This document shows positions 51,492-61,900 of a stretch of 64,000 bases of DNA, one piece after another. The notes below the pieces were generated by a model, which searched no databases, was not told where the DNA came from, and saw only the letters and a list, made by a program, of their open reading frames with translations. Location of the stretch: contig JACJZT010000003.1 of the NCBI GenBank assembly GCA_020635455.1, positions 70,261 to 134,260 on the forward strand, read 5' to 3'. This stretch comes from Flavobacteriales bacterium (GTDB taxonomy: Bacteria > Bacteroidota > Bacteroidia > NS11-12g > UBA9320). The position numbers and the translations under genes are program-made. Within the stretch, counting starts at the first letter, position 1; each line of letters opens with the position of its first letter.

Positions 51492-52244
51492 TTAAAAAAA
51501 CAAACCGAGAGAAAATCCGATGTTTTTACTGAATACAACCGTATTCTTAGACTGAAGAATATCGGTAAAGCCATTCTCAAATCGAAGGCAGGCATAGATC
51601 GAAGTGTTTTCACTCAAATTATATTCAACACCGGCTCCGATAATAAGGGGCAAATTCATAAAAGTCACACCATCCTTTTCAAAATCATCATCAACGGGTT
51701 GGTAGATATCGTCCTTTTCATCATTTGTTTTGATGGCCTTGACATCGTCTTCCGGAAAAGGTATCCGTGTACCGGTGAGCTTAGCCTTTGATGTGATACG
51801 GATGGCTGGTGCCAATCCAAATTGAGCAAAGTATTTTAGATAGCCGATTTCCTTGGTCCTGAACTTTATGGAAATGGGTATCTGTATATATCGGTTACTG
51901 TATTCATAAACCACATCGAAAGATTTTGGCTGTGCAACTCCTTCCTTCAAATAGGTTAAGGAATCCTTAAAACGCATTTTACCGTTAAGCTTGGTAATTA
52001 AGAATTCAAAGGAAGCGGAATAATTTTCGTTAAAATTATAATCTCCCATCAATCCATATCCAAAGCCAAGTTTTAGACCTCCTTTCTCCAAATTTCTGCT
52101 ATCTGCCTTAAACCACGAAAAATTTGAGGTAGCTTTTATCCCAATGACCACTTTGCGGTAATCAGACTTTGGTTTATCCTGAGCCACAACAAAAATGGAC
52201 GTACTTAAAAATAGCAGTGCGAGTAAACTAATTTTTTTTGACAT
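51492..52244 (-). CDS. outer membrane beta-barrel protein (OmpW/porin-like)
   Basis: A signal peptide, alternating amphipathic strands, and C-terminal FSLGLFF. Confidence 0.55.
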   Translation of the reverse strand: MSKKISLLALLFLSTSIFVVAQDKPKSDYRKVVIGIKATSNFSWFKADSRNLEKGGLKLGFGYGLMGDYNFNENYSASFEFLITKLNGKMRFKDSLTYLKEGVAQPKSFDVVYEYSNRYIQIPISIKFRTKEIGYLKYFAQFGLAPAIRITSKAKLTGTRIPFPEDDVKAIKTNDEKDDIYQPVDDDFEKDGVTFMNLPLIIGAGVEYNLSENTSIYACLRFENGFTDILQSKNTVVFSKNIGFSLGLFF

Positions 52245-52308
52245 GCGTTTATAATTTAAATGTTTGGATTATTCGAATGCTTTTAAATTTGCATAGGTAT
52301 CCACAAAA

Positions 52309-53373
52309 ATGATAAAAAAAAACCAAAAGTTTCTAAACCTCGTAGTTTTACTCCTTACCTTTAGTATAAGTGGTTGTAACAATCAACCCGAACGCAAGGT
52401 GGAAGAAATTATTGAAAAGGATATTGACCTGAAAATATCCATTAAGCGTTTCGACCAGGACCTGTTCAATGCAAAAACTACCGAAGATGTACTGGCCTTA
52501 AAAAACAAATACCCTGATTTTTACCCTGTATATATGTATCAGATCATGCAGGGAATTACAGGAAATTACGATGTGAGCGACAAGGAGGCTGCATCCAATA
52601 TTCTGGCCAATTTTACAAGCATACCCGATTTTGGTCTTTGGTTAAAAAACCGGGCCGATACCATTTTCCCAAACCTGAACGATCTGGAAAAAGATCTTAC
52701 AGCTGCCATGAAGCGGTACAAGACCCTTTTTCCAAAAGATACCCTGCCGGAATTCATAACTTTTTTATCCCCTTTGGTAGTGAATTTTCCGCTGATCGAC
52801 GGGACTCACAAAATGGGGATAGGACTTGACATGTACCTTGGAAGTGATTTTAAAGTTTACCATTCATATAAACTGGCAGATCAATTTCCCAATTACAGGG
52901 TCCGTAAAATGCGGAAAGAATACCTTTTGAGAGACCTTATCACCGCCATCTCGAATCTTAAAATTCCAACAAACGGCAATAAAGGAAGGGTACTTGACGA
53001 AATGATACAGGAAGGAAAAATATTATACATGACCTCCTCTTTGATCCCCGAAACCCCTGACAGTATATTAATGGGATACAACCCTGAACAGATCATATGG
53101 GCAAATGAAAATGAGCATTTAAGCTGGCTGACACTGGTCGACTCGAAAGTTCTGTATTCAACCGATCCCGATGATGTTCGCGATTACACCAACGATGGTC
53201 CATTTACCACAGCCAAACAATTTGGGTTTGGCACAGCTCCCAGAATTGGTTCGTTCATCGGCTGGAAGATCATACAGCAACTCATGACCAAAAACCCTGA
53301 AATGAACATCCACGATCTGTTAAAGATGAATGATTCGGACGAAATAATTACCAAGGCAGTTTATAAACCGTAG
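52309..53373 (+). CDS. gldB: putative gliding motility lipoprotein GldB
   Basis: A ~350 aa lipoprotein (lipobox ISGC) next to nadE, as for gldB in Flavobacterium johnsoniae. The call rests on size, lipoprotein character and synteny rather than a verified motif. Confidence 0.45.
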   Translation: MIKKNQKFLNLVVLLLTFSISGCNNQPERKVEEIIEKDIDLKISIKRFDQDLFNAKTTEDVLALKNKYPDFYPVYMYQIMQGITGNYDVSDKEAASNILANFTSIPDFGLWLKNRADTIFPNLNDLEKDLTAAMKRYKTLFPKDTLPEFITFLSPLVVNFPLIDGTHKMGIGLDMYLGSDFKVYHSYKLADQFPNYRVRKMRKEYLLRDLITAISNLKIPTNGNKGRVLDEMIQEGKILYMTSSLIPETPDSILMGYNPEQIIWANENEHLSWLTLVDSKVLYSTDPDDVRDYTNDGPFTTAKQFGFGTAPRIGSFIGWKIIQQLMTKNPEMNIHDLLKMNDSDEIITKAVYKP

Positions 53374-53946
53374 TTAATTCGATCTCTGTTGGGCTTGCTT
53401 TTCAAGTATCCTCTGTGATTCGTTCACAAAAAAGTTACTCAATCGCTGATAGTCAGGTTCAAGGTTGAAGATCTTCAAACCAAAAACCTTCGAATCGGCC
53501 AAATTCATATTAACATTTTCGGTTTCTTTTTCCATTGCCATTTTATATTCTTTCGCATTGATCTTATCGTCCTGTAAAGAATTTTTTAAAGCGGCAAGTT
53601 GCTTGTCTATGTGTCGGACCTTATCAAAAATATGGTCGTAATTATTGATAAAATTGGTGTAAATTTTATAAATGCCTTTGTATTTTTCAAAATTCAACAT
53701 TAAGGTTTCATTCGAACTGTCGATTCCGTTTCGGTTCATCAATTCAATTTGTTCCTTCATTTCAAGTGTTCTGGAATGAATGGTTTTCAAATCGATCTGA
53801 AGATATTCCCTTGCCTGATGATTTTTGGCGATCAGTGAATCAATTGCTTGCGATTCTACTTCGTATTTTTGCTTACAGGACGACAAGCTTATGAAGAATA
53901 TTATCGGTGCAAGAAATTGCAGTTTGAAAGTTTTCTCAATTCGCAT
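53374..53946 (-). CDS. hypothetical lipoprotein
   Basis: Lipobox (LSSC) and a coiled-coil-rich sequence. Confidence 0.4.
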   Translation of the reverse strand: MRIEKTFKLQFLAPIIFFISLSSCKQKYEVESQAIDSLIAKNHQAREYLQIDLKTIHSRTLEMKEQIELMNRNGIDSSNETLMLNFEKYKGIYKIYTNFINNYDHIFDKVRHIDKQLAALKNSLQDDKINAKEYKMAMEKETENVNMNLADSKVFGLKIFNLEPDYQRLSNFFVNESQRILEKQAQQRSN

Positions 53947-53982
53947 AATTATTTAATATTGCTATTTTATCAATCTACTTAG

Positions 53983-55242
53983 ATGGCTTCAAAAATAAGG
54001 AAATTCAAAAATCGATTGTTCCTTGCAGAAATATTTAAAATATCGATTTCCGCCTTTGGCGGTCCTGAAGTTCATCTTGCTCTGTTTAGCCGCAGACTGG
54101 TTAATGAAAAAAAGTTTTTTACACAAAATGAACTTATGGAAACCTATTCCATTTGTCATCTTCTGCCGGGGCCATCTTCCACCCAAACGCTAACCACTTT
54201 GGGCTACAGGTTTGGCGGACCAACCATGGGTTTTTTATCCCTGCTGGTATGGGTTTTGCCATCCTTTTTTATCATGACGGCACTTTCATTTGTCTACATC
54301 TATTTACCTCCGGAGGCCATACATACATTAAGGTATATTCAACCTTTAGCCGTTTCATTTGTGATCGTTGCAGCCATTAAAATGATGACCCCTCTGATGA
54401 ACGACCGATTATCGGTGTGGCTGGCCTTTTATGCATTTTTTGTATGTGCCTTGCTTCGACACCCATTGGAAGAATACATCAAAACCCCCTGGATCTTTCC
54501 GTTCGTTCTGGTTACTGGGGCACTGTTTTCATACTGGGCCAACAAAGAATCGGTGTATTATCCCGAAAAAAAAATAAAGGTCAACTGGCAATATCTGCTG
54601 ATCTTCGCTTTTCTATTTATCGTCTCGGCTGTGATCGGAAAGTTAACGCACAGCATTTATGCAGTAATGTTTGAGAATAATTTCAGATTCGGGAGTCTGG
54701 TATTTGGTGGTGGAAACGTACTGCTTCCAATGATATATGAACAATTCGTACAGTTCAAACAATATATAAATGCGGATGAATTCATTACCGCAATAGGTTT
54801 GGTTCAGGCAACCCCGGGTCCGGTTTTTGCCATTGCCACCTTCACTACCGGTTTGGCATTGGAAAGCGAGGGTGCAATGGGACAACTTATGGGATGTATA
54901 ATTGGAACCGCAGCTATATTTTTACCCGGAAGTTTACTGGCCTTCTGGCTGTTTCCGGTATGGAATAATCTTAAAAAATTTCGTTTTTTTCAAAGAGCTT
55001 TTAAAGGGATCATTGCCACTTCAACCGGTATGGTGGCAGCTTCTGCCTACCTCCTCTTTTTGCCTATTGGTTTAAAATGGAAAGAACCCAACAATTTTTT
55101 TTACACCAACCTTGTAAATAACCATCCTGTAAATTGGTTAAATGTCGTAACAATACTCGTACTTTGTACGTTGTTATATAAACTGAGAATGCCATCTCCC
55201 TATTGGGTATTACTGGCGGTTCTTGCTGGAATAATTTTTTAA
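53983..55242 (+). CDS. chrA: chromate transporter (CHR family)
   Basis: Duplicated CHR halves with the FGGPEVHLALF and LPGPSSTQ signature motifs. Confidence 0.8.
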   Translation: MASKIRKFKNRLFLAEIFKISISAFGGPEVHLALFSRRLVNEKKFFTQNELMETYSICHLLPGPSSTQTLTTLGYRFGGPTMGFLSLLVWVLPSFFIMTALSFVYIYLPPEAIHTLRYIQPLAVSFVIVAAIKMMTPLMNDRLSVWLAFYAFFVCALLRHPLEEYIKTPWIFPFVLVTGALFSYWANKESVYYPEKKIKVNWQYLLIFAFLFIVSAVIGKLTHSIYAVMFENNFRFGSLVFGGGNVLLPMIYEQFVQFKQYINADEFITAIGLVQATPGPVFAIATFTTGLALESEGAMGQLMGCIIGTAAIFLPGSLLAFWLFPVWNNLKKFRFFQRAFKGIIATSTGMVAASAYLLFLPIGLKWKEPNNFFYTNLVNNHPVNWLNVVTILVLCTLLYKLRMPSPYWVLLAVLAGIIF

Positions 55243-55244
55243 AA

Positions 55245-55877
55245 TTGAAAAAAATTAAATATATCGCCCTTCTGAGCATCCTTTTTGCCACAACCTTGCA
55301 TGCCAATTGCCAGCAAAAAGATGAAAACCTTGTACAGTTTACCGGCATGGTACTTAGTGCCGACAGCCTTCAACCCTTGTCTTTTACTGTTATTACGATC
55401 GCCGGGACCCGGCGTGGTACCATTTCAGACTATAACGGATATTTTACTTTGGTGGCAAAAAAAGGAGAAAAACTAATTTTTGAACTTTTGGGCTATAAAA
55501 CTTCTGAATTTGTTGTACCCGATACGTTTCAGGGATATAAGTATTCTCTCATAAAACTCATGGCACAGGATACTTTTTACCTGGACGAAGTGGTTATTAG
55601 TCCTTTACCCGATCGACAATTATTTGACCAGTATTTTGTTAAGACCGAAGTTCCGGATACCGATCTTGAAAGGGCAAGGGATAATATGGAACGTCAGGCA
55701 CTTCATGATGAAATGCTCAGCATGGACGGACGGGAAAATCAAAATTACTATATGCAAAATCAGGTCAAGAAATTCTATTATGCCGGTCAGATGCAGCCAA
55801 TGAATATTCTCAGTCCGATTGCGTGGAGCGAATTCATCAAAGCCTGGAAACGAGGTGATTTTAAACGAAAGAAATAA
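55245..55877 (+). CDS. carboxypeptidase-like regulatory domain (CarbopepD_reg) protein
   Basis: The beta-sandwich motif G.V......PL.F..I.I.GT..GT.SD..G.F.L. The start is uncertain. A possible TTG start at 55245 gives a signal peptide (KKIKYIALLSILFATTLHA). Confidence 0.45.
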   Translation: MKKIKYIALLSILFATTLHANCQQKDENLVQFTGMVLSADSLQPLSFTVITIAGTRRGTISDYNGYFTLVAKKGEKLIFELLGYKTSEFVVPDTFQGYKYSLIKLMAQDTFYLDEVVISPLPDRQLFDQYFVKTEVPDTDLERARDNMERQALHDEMLSMDGRENQNYYMQNQVKKFYYAGQMQPMNILSPIAWSEFIKAWKRGDFKRKK

Positions 55878-55891
55878 TCGTTCTCAAAAGT

Positions 55892-57118
55892 TTGCATCCT
55901 AAAATATATACACAGATAAAACACCTTTATGGAATAACCCAAAAAGGCGAAATCATAAAAAAAGGTGAGCAGTTAAAAGAGTTTAAATCCATTTCCGACG
56001 CATGGTTGACCGTAAATGAAAAAGGTTATATAAGCGGTTTCGGCACGATGGACAATCTTCCTGAAAGCAATTTTGAAGAAATCAATTGCATGAACAAAAT
56101 GGTGCTTCCAGCCTTTATCGACAGTCATACCCATTTGATCCATGCAAAAAGCAGGGAAGATGAATTTGTGGCCAGAATAAAAGGTATGAGTTATGAAGAG
56201 ATCGCAAACATGGGAGGTGGGATCCTTAATTCTGCGAAGGCCCTTAATGAATGCAGTGAAGATGAACTTTTCAGATCATCCTTTATACGATTACAAAGGG
56301 CTATAGAAAGCGGAACCGGTGGTATAGAGATCAAAAGCGGTTATGGCCTTACGGTATCCGGTGAACTTAAAATGCTTAGAGTAGCTCAGCGTTTAAAGTC
56401 TGTTTCTCCTATTCCCGTAAAAGTAACCTTTCTGGGAGCTCACGCTTTTCCGGGAACAGGGACGGAAATTCAGGAAACATATATATCTGAAATCATTGAT
56501 GAAATGCTGCCTGTTATCGGCAAGGAAGGTTTGGCCGACTATATTGACGTTTTTTGTGAAAAAAATTATTTTAGTGTGGAACAAATGGAAAGGATACTGG
56601 ATGCAGGTGCCCGATACAACTTAAAGCCTAAAGTTCATGTTAATCAGTTCAATGCCATAGGCGGGGTTCAATCAGCCGTGAACAAAAATGCCGTTTCGGT
56701 TGACCACCTTGAATTACTCGAAGATGGTGACATTAAGGCTTTAAAAAACTCTGAAACCATACCTGTAGCGCTACCGGCATGTTCCTTTTTTCTTAATATA
56801 CCCTATACTCCTTCCGAACGTATCCTTAAGAACAATTTAGCGTTAGCCCTTGCAACGGATTACAATCCCGGAAGCAGTCCATGTTTATCCATGCCATTTG
56901 TAGTTTCACTTGCATGTATTTACATGAAAATGTTACCTGAAGAGGCTTTTAATGCTGCGACCCTGAATGGGGCGGCTGCCTTGCAGATCTCGGATTCTTA
57001 CGGAAGTATTGAAGTCGGTAAAAAAGGAAATTTTATACTTACTAAATCACTATCATCCATCAATTATCTCCCATACAGTTTCACCGAAAACTGGATCGAA
57101 AAAATGGTGCTTTCCTGA
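55892..57118 (+). CDS. hutI: imidazolonepropionase
   Basis: The amidohydrolase metal-ligand motif DSHTHL and HutI-like N-terminal and C-terminal regions. Confidence 0.75.
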   Translation: MHPKIYTQIKHLYGITQKGEIIKKGEQLKEFKSISDAWLTVNEKGYISGFGTMDNLPESNFEEINCMNKMVLPAFIDSHTHLIHAKSREDEFVARIKGMSYEEIANMGGGILNSAKALNECSEDELFRSSFIRLQRAIESGTGGIEIKSGYGLTVSGELKMLRVAQRLKSVSPIPVKVTFLGAHAFPGTGTEIQETYISEIIDEMLPVIGKEGLADYIDVFCEKNYFSVEQMERILDAGARYNLKPKVHVNQFNAIGGVQSAVNKNAVSVDHLELLEDGDIKALKNSETIPVALPACSFFLNIPYTPSERILKNNLALALATDYNPGSSPCLSMPFVVSLACIYMKMLPEEAFNAATLNGAAALQISDSYGSIEVGKKGNFILTKSLSSINYLPYSFTENWIEKMVLS

Positions 57119-57239
57119 TCCGTTTGATCCTTGATAATAAAACCTTATGGCTCATTGCTGTATCCCGGACTTCAAGCAAACGGTCGAGGTGAATCAATGA
57201 ATGTTGAAATTTTGGAAAATTAAATTCTAAATTCGCGGC

Positions 57240-57992
57240 ATGTTCAATGGCAAAAAAGTGGTGGTGGTACTTCCAGCCTATAATGCGTCTTTAACTTTAA
57301 AAAAAACCTACGACGAAATTCCTCTGGATATTGTTGACGAGGTTGTTCTGGTTGATGACGCCAGCAAAGACAATACCATTGAAGAAGCTAAAGCACTTGG
57401 GATAAAACACATCATACGACATGAAAAAAACCGTGGATATGGAGGAAATCAGAAATCCTGTTATGCAAAAGCGCTGGAACTGAACGCGGATATAATCATC
57501 ATGTTGCATCCTGATTATCAGTATACACCTAAGCTGATCCCATCAATAACCGGAATTATTGCCAACGAACTGTATCCGGCAGTATATGCATCTCGAATTT
57601 TGGGTAAGGGTGCTTTGAAAGGAGGCATGCCTTTGTATAAATATCTTGCCAACAGATTCCTGACCTTATTCCAAAACATCCTCATAAATCAGAAACTTTC
57701 CGAGTATCATACAGGCTATCGTGCCTTTAGCAAAGATATCTTTAAAAAGATCAATATTGAAGCCAATTCAGATGATTTTATTTTCGATAATCAAATGACC
57801 GCTCAAATTTTTATGGCAGGGTTCGAAATTGGAGAAGTTACCTGTCCTACAAAGTATTTCGAAGAGGCATCGTCTATAAATTTCAAAAGAAGTTCAATTT
57901 ATGGCCTGGGAGTATTATGGGTGTCAATCAAATACAGATTGCACAAACTCGGAATCCTTAAGGATAAAATATTTTTACCGGTAAAGGGTTAA
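57240..57992 (+). CDS. family 2 glycosyltransferase (dolichyl-phosphate mannose synthase-like)
   Basis: The GT-A N-terminus (VVVLPAYNASLTL, LVDDASKDNT, DAD). Confidence 0.75.
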   Translation: MFNGKKVVVVLPAYNASLTLKKTYDEIPLDIVDEVVLVDDASKDNTIEEAKALGIKHIIRHEKNRGYGGNQKSCYAKALELNADIIIMLHPDYQYTPKLIPSITGIIANELYPAVYASRILGKGALKGGMPLYKYLANRFLTLFQNILINQKLSEYHTGYRAFSKDIFKKINIEANSDDFIFDNQMTAQIFMAGFEIGEVTCPTKYFEEASSINFKRSSIYGLGVLWVSIKYRLHKLGILKDKIFLPVKG

Positions 57993-58029
57993 AGCACCAT
58001 ACAAGAACTGGAACCAAAGGGAAGCAGAC

Positions 58030-58716
58030 ATGGAAATGGAACAACATTTTGAAAGTTCTGAAAGTGTTCAGGACATGGTGATCGGAATGAGCGATGGGCT
58101 TACAGTTCCGTTTGCCCTTGCTGCAGGATTGAGTGGTGCAGATATTGCCACAGCTACCATCGTTACTGCCGGAGTAGCAGAGATCATTGCCGGCAGCATT
58201 GCTATGGGTCTTGGAGGATACCTGGCAGGAACGGCAGAGATCAATCACTTTGATGCCGAAGAGCGCAGGGAATACTATGAAGTGGATCATTTTCCGGAAA
58301 AGGAAAAACAGGAAGTAATGGATGTTTTTGAGGATTACGGCCTAAGCAAACATTTACAAATTGAAATTGCGGAAGAACTTTCAAAGGATAAAAAAAAGTG
58401 GGTGGAATTTATGATGAGATTTGAACTGGACCTAAAACGCCCGGCTAAGAATCGACCCTTCAAAAGTGGAGCAACCATCGCTCTGTCATATATTGTTGGC
58501 GGAACCATTCCTTTGATCCCTTATATTGTATACGACAATTCTATTACCGCCCTTAAAATATCTTCGATCGTAACACTTATTGCGTTATTTGCATTTGGCA
58601 TATTCAAGAGTAGGGTAACCGGGCAACCTTTGTTTAAGGGTGCATTGAAGGTAGCTGTTATAGGTGCCATTGCGGCCATCGCAGCCTTTAGTATAGCTAA
58701 ACTCATCGGAGGTTAA
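58030..58716 (+). CDS. VIT1/CCC1 family iron/manganese transporter
   Basis: VIT family TM1 (VIGMSDGLTVPFALAAGLSGA), a cytoplasmic metal-binding helical insert, and C-terminal TM helices. Confidence 0.7.
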   Translation: MEMEQHFESSESVQDMVIGMSDGLTVPFALAAGLSGADIATATIVTAGVAEIIAGSIAMGLGGYLAGTAEINHFDAEERREYYEVDHFPEKEKQEVMDVFEDYGLSKHLQIEIAEELSKDKKKWVEFMMRFELDLKRPAKNRPFKSGATIALSYIVGGTIPLIPYIVYDNSITALKISSIVTLIALFAFGIFKSRVTGQPLFKGALKVAVIGAIAAIAAFSIAKLIGG

Positions 58717-58940
58717 ACGGCTACCGTTCATTTGATTCTCTTCTAGGTTTCTCAATACATTGTATCATAATATTGTCATAATAAAATGCTAAAATGTTGA
58801 TTTACAACTATTTGTTAAATTATTTATGCTAATTTTTAAAGATTGAGGCAACGTTTTCAGATTTCCCTGTCAAATATTATGTAAGTTTTCTTAAGTTTGA
58901 AAACTAGATTGTTTCATTTATTAAATATAAAAAAACGAAT

Positions 58941-61900
58941 ATGACAAAAAAATTTACTACCAAACACAAATTATTAGGATTTATCCTGATGATCCTCGGT
59001 TTGATGGGAAGTTCTTCTTTCAATCAAACCCAGGCGCAAAGTTATTGTGAAGGTTATTCCTATTACGGATGTGCCTACAGTTCTTATTATTATTTCCCGA
59101 TCGAAAGGGTCAATGTAAAAGATGTTTCAGGAAACTACCTTTTACAAAAGCCTGCTGATGCTTGTAATCAGGGATTCATTACTTCAACAAATTCGGTTGG
59201 TAATGGTTATTCATTGGTAAGCACCAAACCAAGTTTCTCATTGTCTTCAGGTTCGAAGTACACCTTGGAAACCAGTGCTAGCTATGGTTACATCGGGTAC
59301 GGAGGAACCTATTCAGTATACATCTACTGCTGGATCGACCTTAACCGTGACGGTGTATTCTCGTCAAATGAATATATGTCGAATGGTTGGTCGCAAATGA
59401 ACACTGGTGGTAAAGAGCCATTCACAGGTGGACCGTTAACAGCCAACACTTTCACCGTTCCTTGTGGTGTAAAGGCAGGAACTTCAAGAATGCGTCTTAT
59501 GTCTTCGTATTCTTATCAGTTAAACGCTAACAGTCCTTGTCCAACAGGTATTAGCGGAAGCCCAACCTATTATTATGGTGAAACCGAAGATTATACCATA
59601 GACCTTGCAAACCCAACCAGTCTGGCTGCAGGTTTCTACATGCCAACTTCGGCTTTTGTAGGTACTCCAATAAAAATGACCAACAACAACCAAACCGGTT
59701 ACATTGCTCACCAGTGGGATATCGATGATGACGGATCCATTGAATACGTAACAACCAATGCAACTCATATCTTCAATTCGGTTGGAAATCGTTGTGTTCG
59801 TCTTAAGAGCCAAAATTGTTTAGGACGAGATTCCGTTTTAAGATGCATCAATATTGTAAATCCTACTTCTAAGCCAATTGTAGATTTTGCTTCAAACACA
59901 AACGAAGTTGAACGTTTCGGAACCGTTGATTTCATAGACCTTTCTCAAAACGGACCAACCTACTGGAGCTGGTATATGTTCGACCCTAAAGATTCGGTTA
60001 ATACCCGTATCGACGTTGAGACCTATAACAACAATTTGGTAGGTAACGACCCATACACCAATGCAAATCCTGAAGTTTTCTTCAATACCATTGGTACATA
60101 TACGGTTTGTTTACAAACTTCAAATAACTTAGGACCTTCCAGTGTTCTTTGTAAACCGAACTATATACGTGTAACTCCGTTTAAAGACAACAACCTTGGT
60201 GCAGGTACCGTTCAGCCAATTTATGAGCAAAGCGGTAACCTTATTGACGACGGAGGAAGAACCGGTAATTATTCCAACAATCGTGTGGATTATGCTACCA
60301 TCATTCCTTGCGGAGCCAAAAAGATCAACCTTCAGTTCCACCAGTTCAAAGTTGCGTCAGGTGATATCCTGAGAGTTTACGATGGTATTGATGCTACCGG
60401 AACCCCACTTCATACCGGAAATGGTTTCACTGCAGGTAACTCACCTTCCTTAACCACTCCTATTGTTGCTACTTCAGGTGCACTATACGTTTACTTTACC
60501 TCTAACGGTTCAGGAAACGACTCAGGATTTATTGCAAGCTGGACTACTGAAAGAGGTCCTATTGTTCCTCCGGATGCGGATTTCGATATTCCGGATACTC
60601 TTTACAACCCAAATACATATACTTTTATAAACACTTCTTTGAACGCTTTAGGTAAAGCAGATTTTGTATGGGACATTGAGCCCGGATACGGAGAAGTTGC
60701 TTACACTAAAGATCTTGAATATGCTATTTTAACCGACAATACCTATGATGTTCGATTGACCGTAAGTACTTGTATGGGTACCGATTATAAGATCAAAAAA
60801 GTGGTTGTGGTAACTCCACATAAGAGAGCTGATGTTGATTTTGTAGCGGATAACCGTCGTCCGAACACAGGGCAAACCGTAAACTTTGAAGCCTTGAACC
60901 CAAAACCGAATAAGGCCATCAAAACCAATATGTATCAGTGGGATTTCTTCCCTGCTACGATTTCTTACGTTAACAGCACAACTGCAAATGACCCAAAAAT
61001 TTCAGTTACTTTTAACGCAAAAGGTAAATACACTGCCTCTTTAAGAGCATGGAACTCTTTAGATTCAGCTGCAACTTCAGTTACTGTAATTAAAGCAGAT
61101 TACATCATCGCTGTTGAACATTGCACTCCTCTTCTAGGTGTGTCATCTTCAACTGACGTTGCGATCAACGAAGTGATCCTTACCGATAAAGACAATGTTG
61201 AGTTGATTAACAACAAATCTGAGAACAACGATCTTGGATACGACGATTACACCAATACCAATATAAAAGCTGATTTACAGTATGGTTCTACCTATGAGAT
61301 CATGATATCACGAAATACAAACGTTAACCCAATGACCCGTAAGGTATGGATCGACTGGAACATTGACGGTGATTTCATAGATGCAGGTGAATTGGTTGCC
61401 AGTGAAGCTGCCGGTACAAACAATAGCTTTACTGCTAAGTTCACAGTTCCAGATTACACCAAGGCATTTGAAGGAAAATCAAGAATGAGGATTGGAGCAA
61501 GTTACTCAAACGATCCTAACCTTCCTTGTGGTGCTTCTTCCGGTGTGAACAATGCTAACCGAATTGGTGAGTTTGAGGATTACACCGTAGTTATCACTAA
61601 TGACAATCAACCTCCGGTTCTTGCTTTGAACAACGACGACACCTTGTATCTTGAAGTTGGAAGTACGTATACCGAATACGGCGCAACTGCAACTGATCCA
61701 ACTGAAGGCGATATCAGCTCAAAAGTTGTTATTACTTCAGACCTTGATATGTTGTTCACCGGTATCTATTTCCTTACCTATAACGTAACCGACGCAGGAG
61801 GTAATAAAGCCTTACCGGTAACAAGAGTGGTATACGTTGTGAAAGACCAGACTGCTCCGGTACTAACTTTAAATGGTAGCGATACAGTTTACCTTGAAGT